A program made the translations under genes and the position numbers. A DNA stretch of 64,000 nt from contig VGDZ01000009.1 of the NCBI GenBank assembly GCA_016869515.1, forward strand, positions 1,961 to 65,960, read 5' to 3'. This document shows positions 39,509-48,967 of this stretch, in pieces. The DNA is from Alphaproteobacteria bacterium (lineage in GTDB: Bacteria > Pseudomonadota > Alphaproteobacteria > VGDZ01). Each line of letters begins with the position of its first letter. The first letter of the stretch is position 1. The notes under the pieces are model-generated. The model was not told the origin of the DNA. It searched no databases and saw nothing but the letters and a program-made list of their open reading frames with translations.

Positions 39509-41659
39509 CTAGCGGCGGATCGCCTCCAATAGGTTGGAGTGGCGGTCGGTCCAGGGCTTGCCCGGCGCGACGCGAGCCTCGCGCCAGAACGGCAAGTCGT
39601 GCAGTTGGGTCACGGTCTCGGGCCGCGGCGTCAGGAACACCCAGTGCGTGCGCGCCTTCCAGTCGGCCTCGCCGCGCGGCAGATCGTCGTCATCGGCCGC
39701 TGCCCTGGCGGTCAGTCCCAACGCCGCGGCGGTGCGGCCGACGATCGGCTCGAGATCGAGATGGCGGTTCGAGACATGCACCAGGATGACGCCCTCGGGC
39801 TTGATCTTGCGGCGGTACATCTCGAACGCCTCCAGCGTCAGCAGGTGCATCGGCACCGAATCCGAACTGAAGGCGTCGAGGATGATGAGCGAAAACTGCT
39901 GATCGGGCTCGCGCGCCACCGATAGCCGCGCATCGCCTTCGACGATGCGGATCGCGGCCGGCGCGCCCTCGATTAGCGTGAACAGCCGCGGATCGCTGGC
40001 CATGTGGATGATGTCGCGATCGATCTCGTAGAAGGTCCAGTGCTCGCCCGCGTTGGCGTAGGAGGCAAGTCCGCCGACGCCCAGACCGACCACGGCCACG
40101 CTCGACGTCAGCGGGCCGTCGCCGCGCTCCATCAGCAGCCGGCCGATCGGTCCCAGCGGGTGGTAATAGCCGATCGGCTGGCCGCGCTTCTCGTAGTCCA
40201 GGCTTTGCGCGCCGTGCAGCGTCGTGCCGTGGCGGAACAGGCGGATCTGGCCTTCGTCGCGCACCTGGATGGTGCCGAAGAAATTGCGCGCGCGAAAGCG
40301 CAGGTCGGCGTCGTCGTCCAGCAGCGGGCCTGCCAGGAAAAGGATTGCGATCGTCAACCCGAGCCGCAGCGGCCGGAACAGCCCGGCGACGGCGAGGGCG
40401 ACCGCGGTCCAGGCCAGCGCCTCGGGCAGCCACCCGGTATTCGGCCATTGCCACAGCGCCAGCGCCACCAGGCCCGGCACCACGAGATCGAGCGCGCCCT
40501 GCAACCATTTGTCCTGCTGGGGCCAGCGTCCAGGCAACAGGAAGGCCGCGGCGGTTATGGCAAGCGCGTATTCCAGCACGGTGACGAACAGCACCGGCCC
40601 CAACAGCGCCGCGAACATGCCGCCGAGGGCACCGCCGGTGGCGAGCCAAACGTAGAAGCTCGACAAGCGTTCGGGCGGTGGGCGCAGCGCCGCCAGCCTG
40701 CCATGCAACGCCAGCGACAAGGCGAACAGCGCCAAGCAATGCAGGCCCACCAGCAGGGCGATGCGCGGAACGCCGATGCCGAGCGCGCGGTAGCTCGACA
40801 CCAGCGCCAGGGCCACTACGGCCACGACCGTCGCCCAGGCCGGCGAAATCCATGGTCGCGCCGCAAAGGCATTGACGAAGCTGAGCAGGTACAGCGCCAG
40901 CGGGATCACCCACAGCAGCGGCACCGCCGCGACGTCGGTCGAGATATGACGGGTCGCGCCCACCAGCAGCGCCGACGGCACCGCCGCCAAGGCCAGCCAG
41001 TGCGCGATTTCGCGCCAGCCGTTCTCGGCCGTGGCGTCGTTGGCGGGCGACAGGTCGGGCAGGCCGCGACCGCACCACGCCGTCAGCGCGATCAGGCCGC
41101 CATAACCCGCGGTCCACGCCACCTTCTGTCCGGCCAGGTCGAACAGCGGCTCGAGCCCGAGCGGAAACGCCAACAGCGCGGCGAAACTGCCGAGATTGCT
41201 GGCGGCATAAAGGAAATAGGGATCGCGCCGGGACAGGGCGAACCAGCCCTGCAGCAGGGGCGCCGTGGCCGAGGCGATGACGAAGGCCGGAGCGACGGTC
41301 GCCGCCAGCTTGCCCAACAGCCACCACTCTGGCCGCGCGCCGGAAGGCGGGGCGGTGGCGATGTCGATGTCGATCGGCAGCGAGATCATCGCCACCGCCA
41401 GCAAGGCGATGTGCACCCAAGCCTGGCGGCGCGGCGTCAATCGCCGGCGCAATTGATCCGCATAAACATAGCCCAACAGCAAGGCGACTTGGAAAAACAC
41501 CAGGCACACCGCCCAGACTCCGGGCGCGCCGCCCAACCCAGGCAGCAGCAGCTTGGCCACCATCGGCTGCAGCCAGAACAACAGAAAGGCACCGACACCC
41601 AAGGCAATGGCGAAGGGCGCTGCGGACTGCGATGGCGCGGGCGGGGCGGCGGCTGACAT
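39509..41659 (-). CDS. Fused MFS-like membrane domain / spermidine-synthase-like (polyamine aminopropyltransferase fold) protein
   Basis: The N-terminal ~430 aa has multiple TM helices. The C-terminus carries a spermidine-synthase-like Rossmann domain (VAVVGLGVGGLASYAN...ILDAFSSDSVPMHLLTLEAF). This matches the fused MFS/spermidine synthase family. Confidence 0.7.
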   Translation of the reverse strand: MSAAAPPAPSQSAAPFAIALGVGAFLLFWLQPMVAKLLLPGLGGAPGVWAVCLVFFQVALLLGYVYADQLRRRLTPRRQAWVHIALLAVAMISLPIDIDIATAPPSGARPEWWLLGKLAATVAPAFVIASATAPLLQGWFALSRRDPYFLYAASNLGSFAALLAFPLGLEPLFDLAGQKVAWTAGYGGLIALTAWCGRGLPDLSPANDATAENGWREIAHWLALAAVPSALLVGATRHISTDVAAVPLLWVIPLALYLLSFVNAFAARPWISPAWATVVAVVALALVSSYRALGIGVPRIALLVGLHCLALFALSLALHGRLAALRPPPERLSSFYVWLATGGALGGMFAALLGPVLFVTVLEYALAITAAAFLLPGRWPQQDKWLQGALDLVVPGLVALALWQWPNTGWLPEALAWTAVALAVAGLFRPLRLGLTIAILFLAGPLLDDDADLRFRARNFFGTIQVRDEGQIRLFRHGTTLHGAQSLDYEKRGQPIGYYHPLGPIGRLLMERGDGPLTSSVAVVGLGVGGLASYANAGEHWTFYEIDRDIIHMASDPRLFTLIEGAPAAIRIVEGDARLSVAREPDQQFSLIILDAFSSDSVPMHLLTLEAFEMYRRKIKPEGVILVHVSNRHLDLEPIVGRTAAALGLTARAAADDDDLPRGEADWKARTHWVFLTPRPETVTQLHDLPFWREARVAPGKPWTDRHSNLLEAIRR

Positions 41660-41701
41660 GGGACTCGGAGGTTAGGCTAGGACGGAGCGGCGCCACCGTC
41701 C

Positions 41702-42796
41702 ATGGCTCGGAAAGCCAGCCGCGGAATGCTAGCTTCGATGGCGATGCGCCACCTCGCGATCGCCGCGATCGGCTGGCTGTCGGCGGCGGCATTGCCGACA
41801 TCGGCCCAGACGCCGCCGATCATCGACACGCATATGCATGTCGATGGGCGGCTGGCGCGGGAGACCGATTGGGCGCGGGCGGCGCGGCTGGCGCTGGAAC
41901 GCATGGACCAGGTCGGCATCGCCTTCGGTTTGGTGTTGCCGCCGCCGCAGCCGCCGGGCTTCGCCGATTTCTGGGAATGCGACGAATACGCCCGGCCGCT
42001 TGCGCCCTATCGCGCCCGATTGGGCCTGATCTGCGGCGGCGGTTCGATCAACCGCCTGATCTACCGGACGGAGGAGGACGGCCCGCTCGATCCCGCCATC
42101 ACCGCGCGGCTGGACGAATTGGTCGGGGTCTATGCCGGCCTGGGCGCGGTGGCGATCGGCGAACTGACCGCGCAGCATTTTTCGTTCGAGCCGCGCCACC
42201 CCTATTTGGGACGGTCGCCGGATCATCCCGCTTTCCTGCGCCTGGCCGATCTGGCTGCCCGCCATCGCCTGCCGCTGGTGCTGCACATGGAGGCCGTGCG
42301 CGGCGGCTTCGCGACGCCGCAAGGGTTGCGGCGCCTGTCGAACCTCAATCCCGAACGCATCGGCGACAATCTGGCGGCGTTCGAGCGGCTGCTGGCCCAT
42401 AACCGCGAAGCCACCATCGTCTGGGCGCATTACGGCTGGGACAACACCGGGCAGCGCGACGCCGGACTGATGGCCGAGCTGTTCGCGCGTCATCCCAATT
42501 TGATGGCCGACCTCAAGATCCAGCCCGGCAGCCCGGCGGCGCGGGCGATCGTCGATCCCGGCGGCGGGCTGCGCGCGGATTTCGTCGCTGCGGTCGAGGC
42601 CATGGCCGAGCGGCTGATGATCGGCTCGGATGCGTTCCACGCCCTGCGCGACACGCCGGCCTCGCGCCAGACCGAGCGATTGACCGGAGCGACGCGGCTG
42701 TTGCTCGAGCGCCTTTCGCCCGCGGCGGCCCGCCAGATCGCCTACGACAACGCTGTTCGGATCTACCGCCTGCGCGAGCGCGGCCTGGTGCCGTAG
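41702..42796 (+). CDS. Amidohydrolase-family (TIM-barrel metal-dependent hydrolase) protein, secreted
   Basis: Signal peptide AIAAIGWLSAAALPTSAQ, then IIDTHMHVDG (HxH metal-binding start of amidohydrolase folds) and conserved later His/Asp residues. The true start may be the internal MRHLAIAAIG. Confidence 0.6.
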   Translation: MARKASRGMLASMAMRHLAIAAIGWLSAAALPTSAQTPPIIDTHMHVDGRLARETDWARAARLALERMDQVGIAFGLVLPPPQPPGFADFWECDEYARPLAPYRARLGLICGGGSINRLIYRTEEDGPLDPAITARLDELVGVYAGLGAVAIGELTAQHFSFEPRHPYLGRSPDHPAFLRLADLAARHRLPLVLHMEAVRGGFATPQGLRRLSNLNPERIGDNLAAFERLLAHNREATIVWAHYGWDNTGQRDAGLMAELFARHPNLMADLKIQPGSPAARAIVDPGGGLRADFVAAVEAMAERLMIGSDAFHALRDTPASRQTERLTGATRLLLERLSPAAARQIAYDNAVRIYRLRERGLVP

Positions 42797-42797
42797 A

Positions 42798-44147
42798 TCA
42801 GAATTGCAGCTTGGCGCCCAAGACGCCCAGCCAGGCGTCGTTTTCCTGCGCCAATTTTGCGGCGCCGGCCTGGCTGGAATCGCCGTTGCTCCAGCGCATG
42901 CGGATCATGCCGCCGTAGACGTCGATCCCGGGGCCGAGATTGTAGATCGCGCCCGCCGCCCATTCGTCGAGCGTGTCCTTGTGCTTGGACATGGCGGTCG
43001 CCGGCGTGGCGTCGATCTGCTCGGCCTCGATGCGAATGTATTCGGCGCCGAATGTCCAAGGTCCGGTCTTGTAGTTGCCGCCGATCTGCCACGCGGTAGC
43101 GTCGCGGCCGGGGTTCTTGAGGCCCTGATTGTCCTGGCGATAGGTGCCGCCGAGGGTGAAGCCGGCCATCGCCACCGTTGCGCCCAGCGCCCATTGCCTG
43201 CGGTCGTCGATGGTGACGCCGTTGGCGGTCGACTTGCAGTCGATGAAGGCGGAATTGGTGCAAGGCTCGGCGCTGGTCCGGAGGTAGCCGGCCGAAAGCC
43301 CAAGCTCGACCCCGCCGAACTTGTCGCGGAAATTGCCGCCGAACTGGAAGGCTTGGCTCTGCTGGCCGGCATTGTTGTCCATGCTCATCTGATCGACCTG
43401 ATTGCCGCCGCGGGCGTTGGCGTCGCCGTCGGGGCTGTAGGACAGGCCAAGCTGCACGCCGAACAGCCGCGGGCTGTAATAGGCCAGCTTTTGGTTGCGG
43501 TCGTCGATGCCGAAGCCGATGTTGTAGATCGGTATCGCCGCGGCATTGGTGCCCGACGCCGTGTTGCCGGGCGCGGGGATGGGGGCGATGTTGTTGGTCT
43601 GGATGAAATTGGGGAAGGGCGAAGGCCCGGCATATTGCAGGTTGAAAGCGGCGCCGTAGGTCTGGCCGGCGTCGATGCGGCCAAAGGCGCCGTCGAACCA
43701 GGCAAAGACCTGATCGATGTTGGTATCGAAATTGCCCGAGGTCTCGGCGCCGCCGTTGGCGGTGTTTGTGGCGGTGGTGGTAGCGGTGCCGGCGTTGCGG
43801 CTGGCCTCGAGTTCGACCCGCAGGCCGACCTTGAGGCCGCTGTCCAAGGTGGTCTCGCCCTGGAAATGGACCTCGCCTTCGTTGAACAGGCTGTGGTTGC
43901 GCCGCCTGGGCGGCGTGCCGCAGCCGGTGCCGCCCTGGTTGGTGAAGTTGGTCGAGGAGGCCGATGCCGGCAGCACCCCGCGCTCGTCCTGGCTGGCGAC
44001 GACGAAGTTCATCACCCAATAGCCGGTGATGCCGAGTTGCAGTTTTTCGGCGGCCTTTTTCTGCGGCGCGGCCTGTTGGGCCATGCTCGGCGCGGCGATC
44101 AGAGACGCGGCAACCAGCGAACTGGAAGCGAGCAGCCATCGGCGCAT
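42798..44147 (-). CDS. Outer-membrane porin (alphaproteobacterial general porin family)
   Basis: Signal peptide MRRWLLASSSLVAASLIAAPSMAQ. Asn/Gly/Thr-rich beta-strand alternation. The C-terminal Phe (…LGAKLQF) is a beta-barrel assembly signature. Length 449 aa. Confidence 0.75.
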   Translation of the reverse strand: MRRWLLASSSLVAASLIAAPSMAQQAAPQKKAAEKLQLGITGYWVMNFVVASQDERGVLPASASSTNFTNQGGTGCGTPPRRRNHSLFNEGEVHFQGETTLDSGLKVGLRVELEASRNAGTATTTATNTANGGAETSGNFDTNIDQVFAWFDGAFGRIDAGQTYGAAFNLQYAGPSPFPNFIQTNNIAPIPAPGNTASGTNAAAIPIYNIGFGIDDRNQKLAYYSPRLFGVQLGLSYSPDGDANARGGNQVDQMSMDNNAGQQSQAFQFGGNFRDKFGGVELGLSAGYLRTSAEPCTNSAFIDCKSTANGVTIDDRRQWALGATVAMAGFTLGGTYRQDNQGLKNPGRDATAWQIGGNYKTGPWTFGAEYIRIEAEQIDATPATAMSKHKDTLDEWAAGAIYNLGPGIDVYGGMIRMRWSNGDSSQAGAAKLAQENDAWLGVLGAKLQF

Positions 44148-44700
44148 GGGAAAACTCCTCGATCGGCGCCCCCCTAGGTTCGGAGATTAGGTGGAATCGA
44201 ACCGGCTTGGGAGAGGCGCATTGCCGCATGGACGCGCAAAGCGGCGGAGCTGGTCCCGATGCAGCCAGCCAGGCGCGGATCGAGTCCCCAAATGCGCGGA
44301 GTCGAGCCAATTAGGCGCGCAAATGCGCGCAAATGGCCAATTGGTAACTGCCTAATGCGTTGATATTGCACAGCAATCCAGGTATGTCGGGTGGCAGGGT
44401 CGATTTCGGATGGTTAATCCGTTTAGGCGGTCGCCGGGGAACCCGGCGATTTCTGCATCTGCCGGAAAGGCCCAGAACTCATTTCACTTGTCCATCAGCG
44501 CCCATCCGAAGCGGCCATGGCCGGGTCCGGAAGGGGGACAAGAGACATAAGTACGCCAGCAAGAAATATCAAGTACAAAATGGCATTATCGGATTGCGGT
44601 CGCTAGCTGGGACGCGGCTACGGCCTCAACTACAGCGGCTTCCGCATCGCGAGGACTAACTAGCCCCCTGTGCCTTTGAGGTCCCGAGTATTCTGGACGG
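44148..44700 (-). promoter_or_regulatory. Long upstream/leader region of the porin gene containing short direct repeats (GCGCAAATG x3, CCAATT x3) and lower-GC stretches
   Basis: The sequence ccaaatgcgcggagtcgagccaattaggcgcgcaaatgcgcgcaaatggccaattggtaactgcctaatgcgttgatattgcac lies 150-260 nt upstream of the porin ATG. It is a 550-nt non-coding gap, unusual in this compact window. Confidence 0.35.
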
Positions 44701-44978
44701 AATGGGACTCGCTACCGCGCAATGCTCGGTCGGGCGCTGCCCCAGGGGCCATCGGCGCCCGCCAGCTTGCCGTCAGCCAGCGAACCTAGTGCTCCGGTTG
44801 CATCTTGGAATAGCGGCGCTACCATGGGCGTTCTATCGGGCGGGGAAAGCCATGGCGGCGTGGTGGACGATGGGTCAGGCGTGGGCGAACGTCGCTGCGC
44901 TGGCGGGGCTGGTCGCGGCAGCCGCCGTGCTGGTGCCTTCGTCCGTGCAGGCCCAGGCGCAGACCAACCCCGGCGGCG

Positions 44979-45242
44979 ATGGCGGCGGTCAACGGCTCGG
45001 GGCGGTTCGATCTTCTGGTGAGCGATGTGGTCCTGACCGGTCCGATGAGCGGGTTCGAACTGGCGGAATGGTTTTATCGGCGTCAGTCCGACATCCGGGT
45101 GCTGTTCATGTCCGGCTATCCGCGCGATGACGGCTCGAAAGCAGGTGCGGGCGGGCGCCGCGAACGCATGCTGCAAAAACCGATTGCGCGCGACGAGCTG
45201 ATTCGCGCCGTGCGGGAGGAGTTGGGCCATGCCCGAGGCTAA
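44979..45242 (+). pseudogene. N-terminally truncated response-regulator receiver (REC) domain remnant
   Basis: Encodes only the C-terminal ~2/3 of a REC domain. It has the phospho-acceptor Asp context (DLLVSDVVLTGPMSGFEL), the Ser/Thr motif (VLFMSGY) and the Lys motif (LQKPI). It lacks beta1-alpha1-beta2 and any kinase or output domain. A different frame upstream (44857-) encodes a signal-peptide-like stretch, suggesting frameshift decay. Confidence 0.45.
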
Positions 45243-45615
45243 GACTCGAATGCGACGGCTGCTGGTGGTGGACGATCAGGCCGATTGGCGTCGCACCATC
45301 AAGGACATCGCCCGGCCGCTGGGTTGGATCGTGGCCGAAGCCGCCAATGGGCGCGAACTCAAGCGCTGCTTCGATGCCATCGATCCGGATTTCATCTTGC
45401 TCGACATGGTGATGCCCGAGGTGGACGGCTTCGAGTCGCTGAAATGGCTGGCCGAGCGCAGCGCGCGCGCACGCATCGCGGTGATGACGGGATACGCGCC
45501 GCATTTGGCCGAAAGCGCGGCGCTGGTCGGCAACGGCCTCGGCGCCAGCGTCGTCGCCACGCTGCAGAAACCGGTCCCGATCGGGCGATTGCGCAAATTG
45601 TTGGAGACGTGTTGA
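45229..45615 (+). CDS. Single-domain response regulator (CheY-like receiver)
   Basis: Complete REC: LLVVDDQ (acidic pocket), FILLDMVMPEVDGFE (phospho-Asp), VMTGY, LQKPV. Length 128 aa with no output domain. Confidence 0.8.
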   Translation: MPEAKTRMRRLLVVDDQADWRRTIKDIARPLGWIVAEAANGRELKRCFDAIDPDFILLDMVMPEVDGFESLKWLAERSARARIAVMTGYAPHLAESAALVGNGLGASVVATLQKPVPIGRLRKLLETC

Positions 45616-45738
45616 CCGGGCAACTACTAGGTTAGCTACGCGGTCGACCAGTATTGCAAACCCTGTCTTTAGTCTCTAGACCAATTGCGCGCGCTTGGGT
45701 CGAGCGCCACGCGATCCGGTTTTGTCGCAGGGGGTGCT

Positions 45739-48700
45739 ATGGGACTGTCTTGGCTTGGTCGAGCGCTTGCGGGCCTGCTTTTGCTGCCGTCGGTAGCATG
45801 CCAACCTATTGAGTCGGGCCAGGTCAACGCGGACGTGTCCACAAGAACACGGGCGCCGGTATTGCCGCGCGGCGTCGGCGACATTGCGGACTCGATCGAA
45901 CGGGCCCTGGCGATTCCGACTTCCGCAGCCGCGGTCGCTTTGCCGACACATCGCGTCGCCGATTTGATCCCGAATCAGTGGCAACGCACGTTCGAGACGG
46001 TGCGCGAACTCGCTTGGCGCGCCCAAAGCTATGGCGACGTCCAAGGCCAGATCCGCATTATCGAGGATTACCTTGCGACCGAACGAACGGTCGAATTCAA
46101 TTTGTCGATGTTGCGCCTTGATCTCGTGCTTGCAAACGGCGTGATCGGCCATGTCGACGAATCGTGGCGACAACTCCAGTCTTCGCTCAAAATCGCGAAC
46201 GATTTCGAATTCGAACCCCTATTGGTTCTTGGCCGTTATGCGGAGTGCCTGGCCCACGTCGAACGGGCCCGTTCGGCAGACGCGACTGCGTCGATGACCA
46301 AGGGACTCGAATACCACCTCAAGCTTCGTCGGGCGTCGATTCAGCAGGGCCATGACAGCCTCAATTTCTACCACTTTTACTTGCCCTATTTCGAGGCGGC
46401 ATTGTCTCGCTGCGAAGGCGAGATCGCGCGCATCAAGGGAGACTTCGCCGGTGCCGAGGCAAAAGCGCGCATTGGGGTCGAATGGGTCGAAACGCTCGTC
46501 GCGCGGTGGTCGAAGCGCAACGTGATCGCGCGGGTTCCAGGCTGCATGGGCGCGACGCGCGGTGGATGCAAGGAGCCGACGACGCTCGAGCGATTGTACC
46601 TCGACGCCGACGACGCGCGCGTGGCGCTGGCCGAGTCGTTGCAGATTCAGGGCAAACTGGTTGAAGCCGAGGCAGTGTTGCGGGAGACGGTGCGCGGCGT
46701 CATGAATCGCGCCGGCGCCGCCAGCATCGAAACGGCGACGCGCTTGGTTCCGCTCGGTACGCTATTGGCCGAGCGTGGCCGCTTTGCGGACGGGCGCCGC
46801 CTGGCGCGACTGGCATTGGCGATATTCGAACGCCACAAAATCGGCGCGCAAAGTTGGAACGTGCTGCAAGCGCGGCTATTGGAGATCGAGACCCTGGCGG
46901 CGCAGAAGCGATGGGATCAGGTGGCGCCGCTTTGGGCGGCGCTGGAGAATGCGGTCGCCAAGGATCCGATATCCCGACGACGCTTTGTCGACAGCAACCC
47001 GCTGCGGGTCATGGTGGCGCTCGAATCCGATCGGAGCAACGAGGCGGCGGAGTTGGCCAAGGCAGCCGCAGAGGCGGCCGCCACAACCCTGGGCGACACC
47101 CATCCGACGACGGTCGAGGCGAGGATGGTCTGGGGGCTGGCAATGGTGGCCGCGGGTCGGTCGGTCGAGGGCTTGCGGTTGATGGACGCGGCCCTGCCGC
47201 GGCTGTTGTCGATGCGCGGCGAAGCCGACGACGAGAGCGGCAAATGGGGAGCCACTGCGCGGCGTCATCGGTACTTGATCGAAGGCTATTTGTTGGCGGG
47301 AGCGCGCGACCCGGCGCGATCGGAGGCGTTGTTCACGCTGGCGGAGCGGGTCAAGAGCCGGGCTACGGATCGGGCGGTCGCTGCAGGTGCAGCGCGATTC
47401 GCGGCCCAGTCGGCAGAATTGGCCGAGCTGATCAGGCGCGAGCAGGACTCCCGGCGGCTGGCGCGAGGCATTCATGCTGCCCTTGCCAAGATGGCGGGTA
47501 CCAGTGCGTTTGCGGCACAAAGACCGGAATTGCAGCGACAGCTCGAAGCGGCCGAGCGCGAGCGGGCTTCGCTGCGTCGGACGATCACGGAGAAATTTCC
47601 GCGCTATGCCGAGCTGATCGATCCGCTGCCACCGTCGATTGGGCGAATCCAGGAGACGTTGCGTGCCGACGAGGCGCTGATCGCGATCTACAGCGGCCAG
47701 GGTGCGACCCTGGTGTGGGCGCTGGCCAAGAGCGGCCGACCGGCGTTCGCCTTGGTCGAGCTCGGCTCGTCCGAGATCGAACGGCGGGTCGAGGCGGTGC
47801 GGCAGGCGATCGAACCCGGCGGCGACAGTGTCGCCGCCGTGCCTCCGTTCGACGTGGCCGCGGCATACGATCTTTACAGGCAAGTCTTGATGCCGGTGGA
47901 GTCGGCCTGGAGACCGGCCAAGCGCCTCACCGTGATACCGCACGGCGCGCTGGCGATGCTGCCCTTTGCCATGTTGCCGACGGCGCCGGTGGTAGGAAGC
48001 AAGGGCGACATGGCGTTCGCGGAATATCGCTCGGTGCATTGGTTGGCGCGACGCGTGGCGGTCGCTCAGACTCCATCGGCGGCAAGTTTCGTGGCGTTGC
48101 GCCAATTGCCGCCGGGCGCCGGTGATCGCGAACAATTCGTCGGCTTTGGCGATCCGGTCTTTTCCATGGCGGCAAGGTACGCCGTTGCCGACGGCGCGGT
48201 TCAGGCCGAGAAGTTGGCCATGCGCGGGGTCCGCGTCGCGCAGGCCTCGCCGGTGGCGGGAGCGCCAAGTAACGAGCTAAGCGCGTCCGCGGCGATCGAT
48301 GCCAAGCCGGTGCCGGGGCGCATTGCCGATCTGGGCGCACTGCCCGATACCCGCGTCGAACTGATGCAGATCGCCGCCGCGCTGGGGTCCAATCCGGCGA
48401 CATCCGTTCTGGTCGGTGCCGACGCCAACGACCGCAACGTCAAGCGACCCGAAAATGGCCGGCGCAAGGTGATCGCGTTCGCCACCCACGGCTTGGTGCC
48501 GGGCGATATTGCCGGTCTGGCCGAGCCGGCCCTGGCCTTGACGCCGGCCGCAAGCGGCGGCTCGGGCGACGGATTGCTGACGGCATCTGACGTGCTCGAT
48601 CTCAAGCTCGATTCCGATTGGGTGGTGCTGTCGGCCTGCAATACCGCCGCCGCCCAGGGCGAAGGGGCCGAAGCGATTTCGGGGCTGGGCCGCGCGTTTT

Positions 48701-48954
48701 TCTATGCCGGCGCACGGGCGCTTTTGGTTTCGAATTGGGCGGTCGAAACCGTTTCGGCGCGGCAATTGACCACCAGCCTGTTCCGGTCCCAGGCTGCGGA
48801 TCCGGAATTGGCGCGTGATCAGGCGCTGCAGAAGGCCATGTTGGAGATGATCGATCGAGGTGCTGCCACCGACGCTGGAAGCGGTCGCCAGGCCTATGCC
48901 TATGCCCACCCTATCTTCTGGGCGCCGTTTTCCCTGATCGGCGACGGGCGATAG
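45739..48954 (+). CDS. TPR-repeat plus CHAT-domain (caspase/HetF-like peptidase) lipoprotein
   Basis: Start MGLSWLGRALAGLLLLPSVAC (lipobox LPSVAC) preceded by GGGGG. About 750 aa of helical TPR-like repeats follow. The C-terminal CHAT domain carries a His/Cys dyad in caspase-like spacing (VIAFATHGLV ... VVLSACNTAA). Length 1071 aa. Confidence 0.7.
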   Translation: MGLSWLGRALAGLLLLPSVACQPIESGQVNADVSTRTRAPVLPRGVGDIADSIERALAIPTSAAAVALPTHRVADLIPNQWQRTFETVRELAWRAQSYGDVQGQIRIIEDYLATERTVEFNLSMLRLDLVLANGVIGHVDESWRQLQSSLKIANDFEFEPLLVLGRYAECLAHVERARSADATASMTKGLEYHLKLRRASIQQGHDSLNFYHFYLPYFEAALSRCEGEIARIKGDFAGAEAKARIGVEWVETLVARWSKRNVIARVPGCMGATRGGCKEPTTLERLYLDADDARVALAESLQIQGKLVEAEAVLRETVRGVMNRAGAASIETATRLVPLGTLLAERGRFADGRRLARLALAIFERHKIGAQSWNVLQARLLEIETLAAQKRWDQVAPLWAALENAVAKDPISRRRFVDSNPLRVMVALESDRSNEAAELAKAAAEAAATTLGDTHPTTVEARMVWGLAMVAAGRSVEGLRLMDAALPRLLSMRGEADDESGKWGATARRHRYLIEGYLLAGARDPARSEALFTLAERVKSRATDRAVAAGAARFAAQSAELAELIRREQDSRRLARGIHAALAKMAGTSAFAAQRPELQRQLEAAERERASLRRTITEKFPRYAELIDPLPPSIGRIQETLRADEALIAIYSGQGATLVWALAKSGRPAFALVELGSSEIERRVEAVRQAIEPGGDSVAAVPPFDVAAAYDLYRQVLMPVESAWRPAKRLTVIPHGALAMLPFAMLPTAPVVGSKGDMAFAEYRSVHWLARRVAVAQTPSAASFVALRQLPPGAGDREQFVGFGDPVFSMAARYAVADGAVQAEKLAMRGVRVAQASPVAGAPSNELSASAAIDAKPVPGRIADLGALPDTRVELMQIAAALGSNPATSVLVGADANDRNVKRPENGRRKVIAFATHGLVPGDIAGLAEPALALTPAASGGSGDGLLTASDVLDLKLDSDWVVLSACNTAAAQGEGAEAISGLGRAFFYAGARALLVSNWAVETVSARQLTTSLFRSQAADPELARDQALQKAMLEMIDRGAATDAGSGRQAYAYAHPIFWAPFSLIGDGR

Positions 48955-48967
48955 ACCCTACCGTCCC

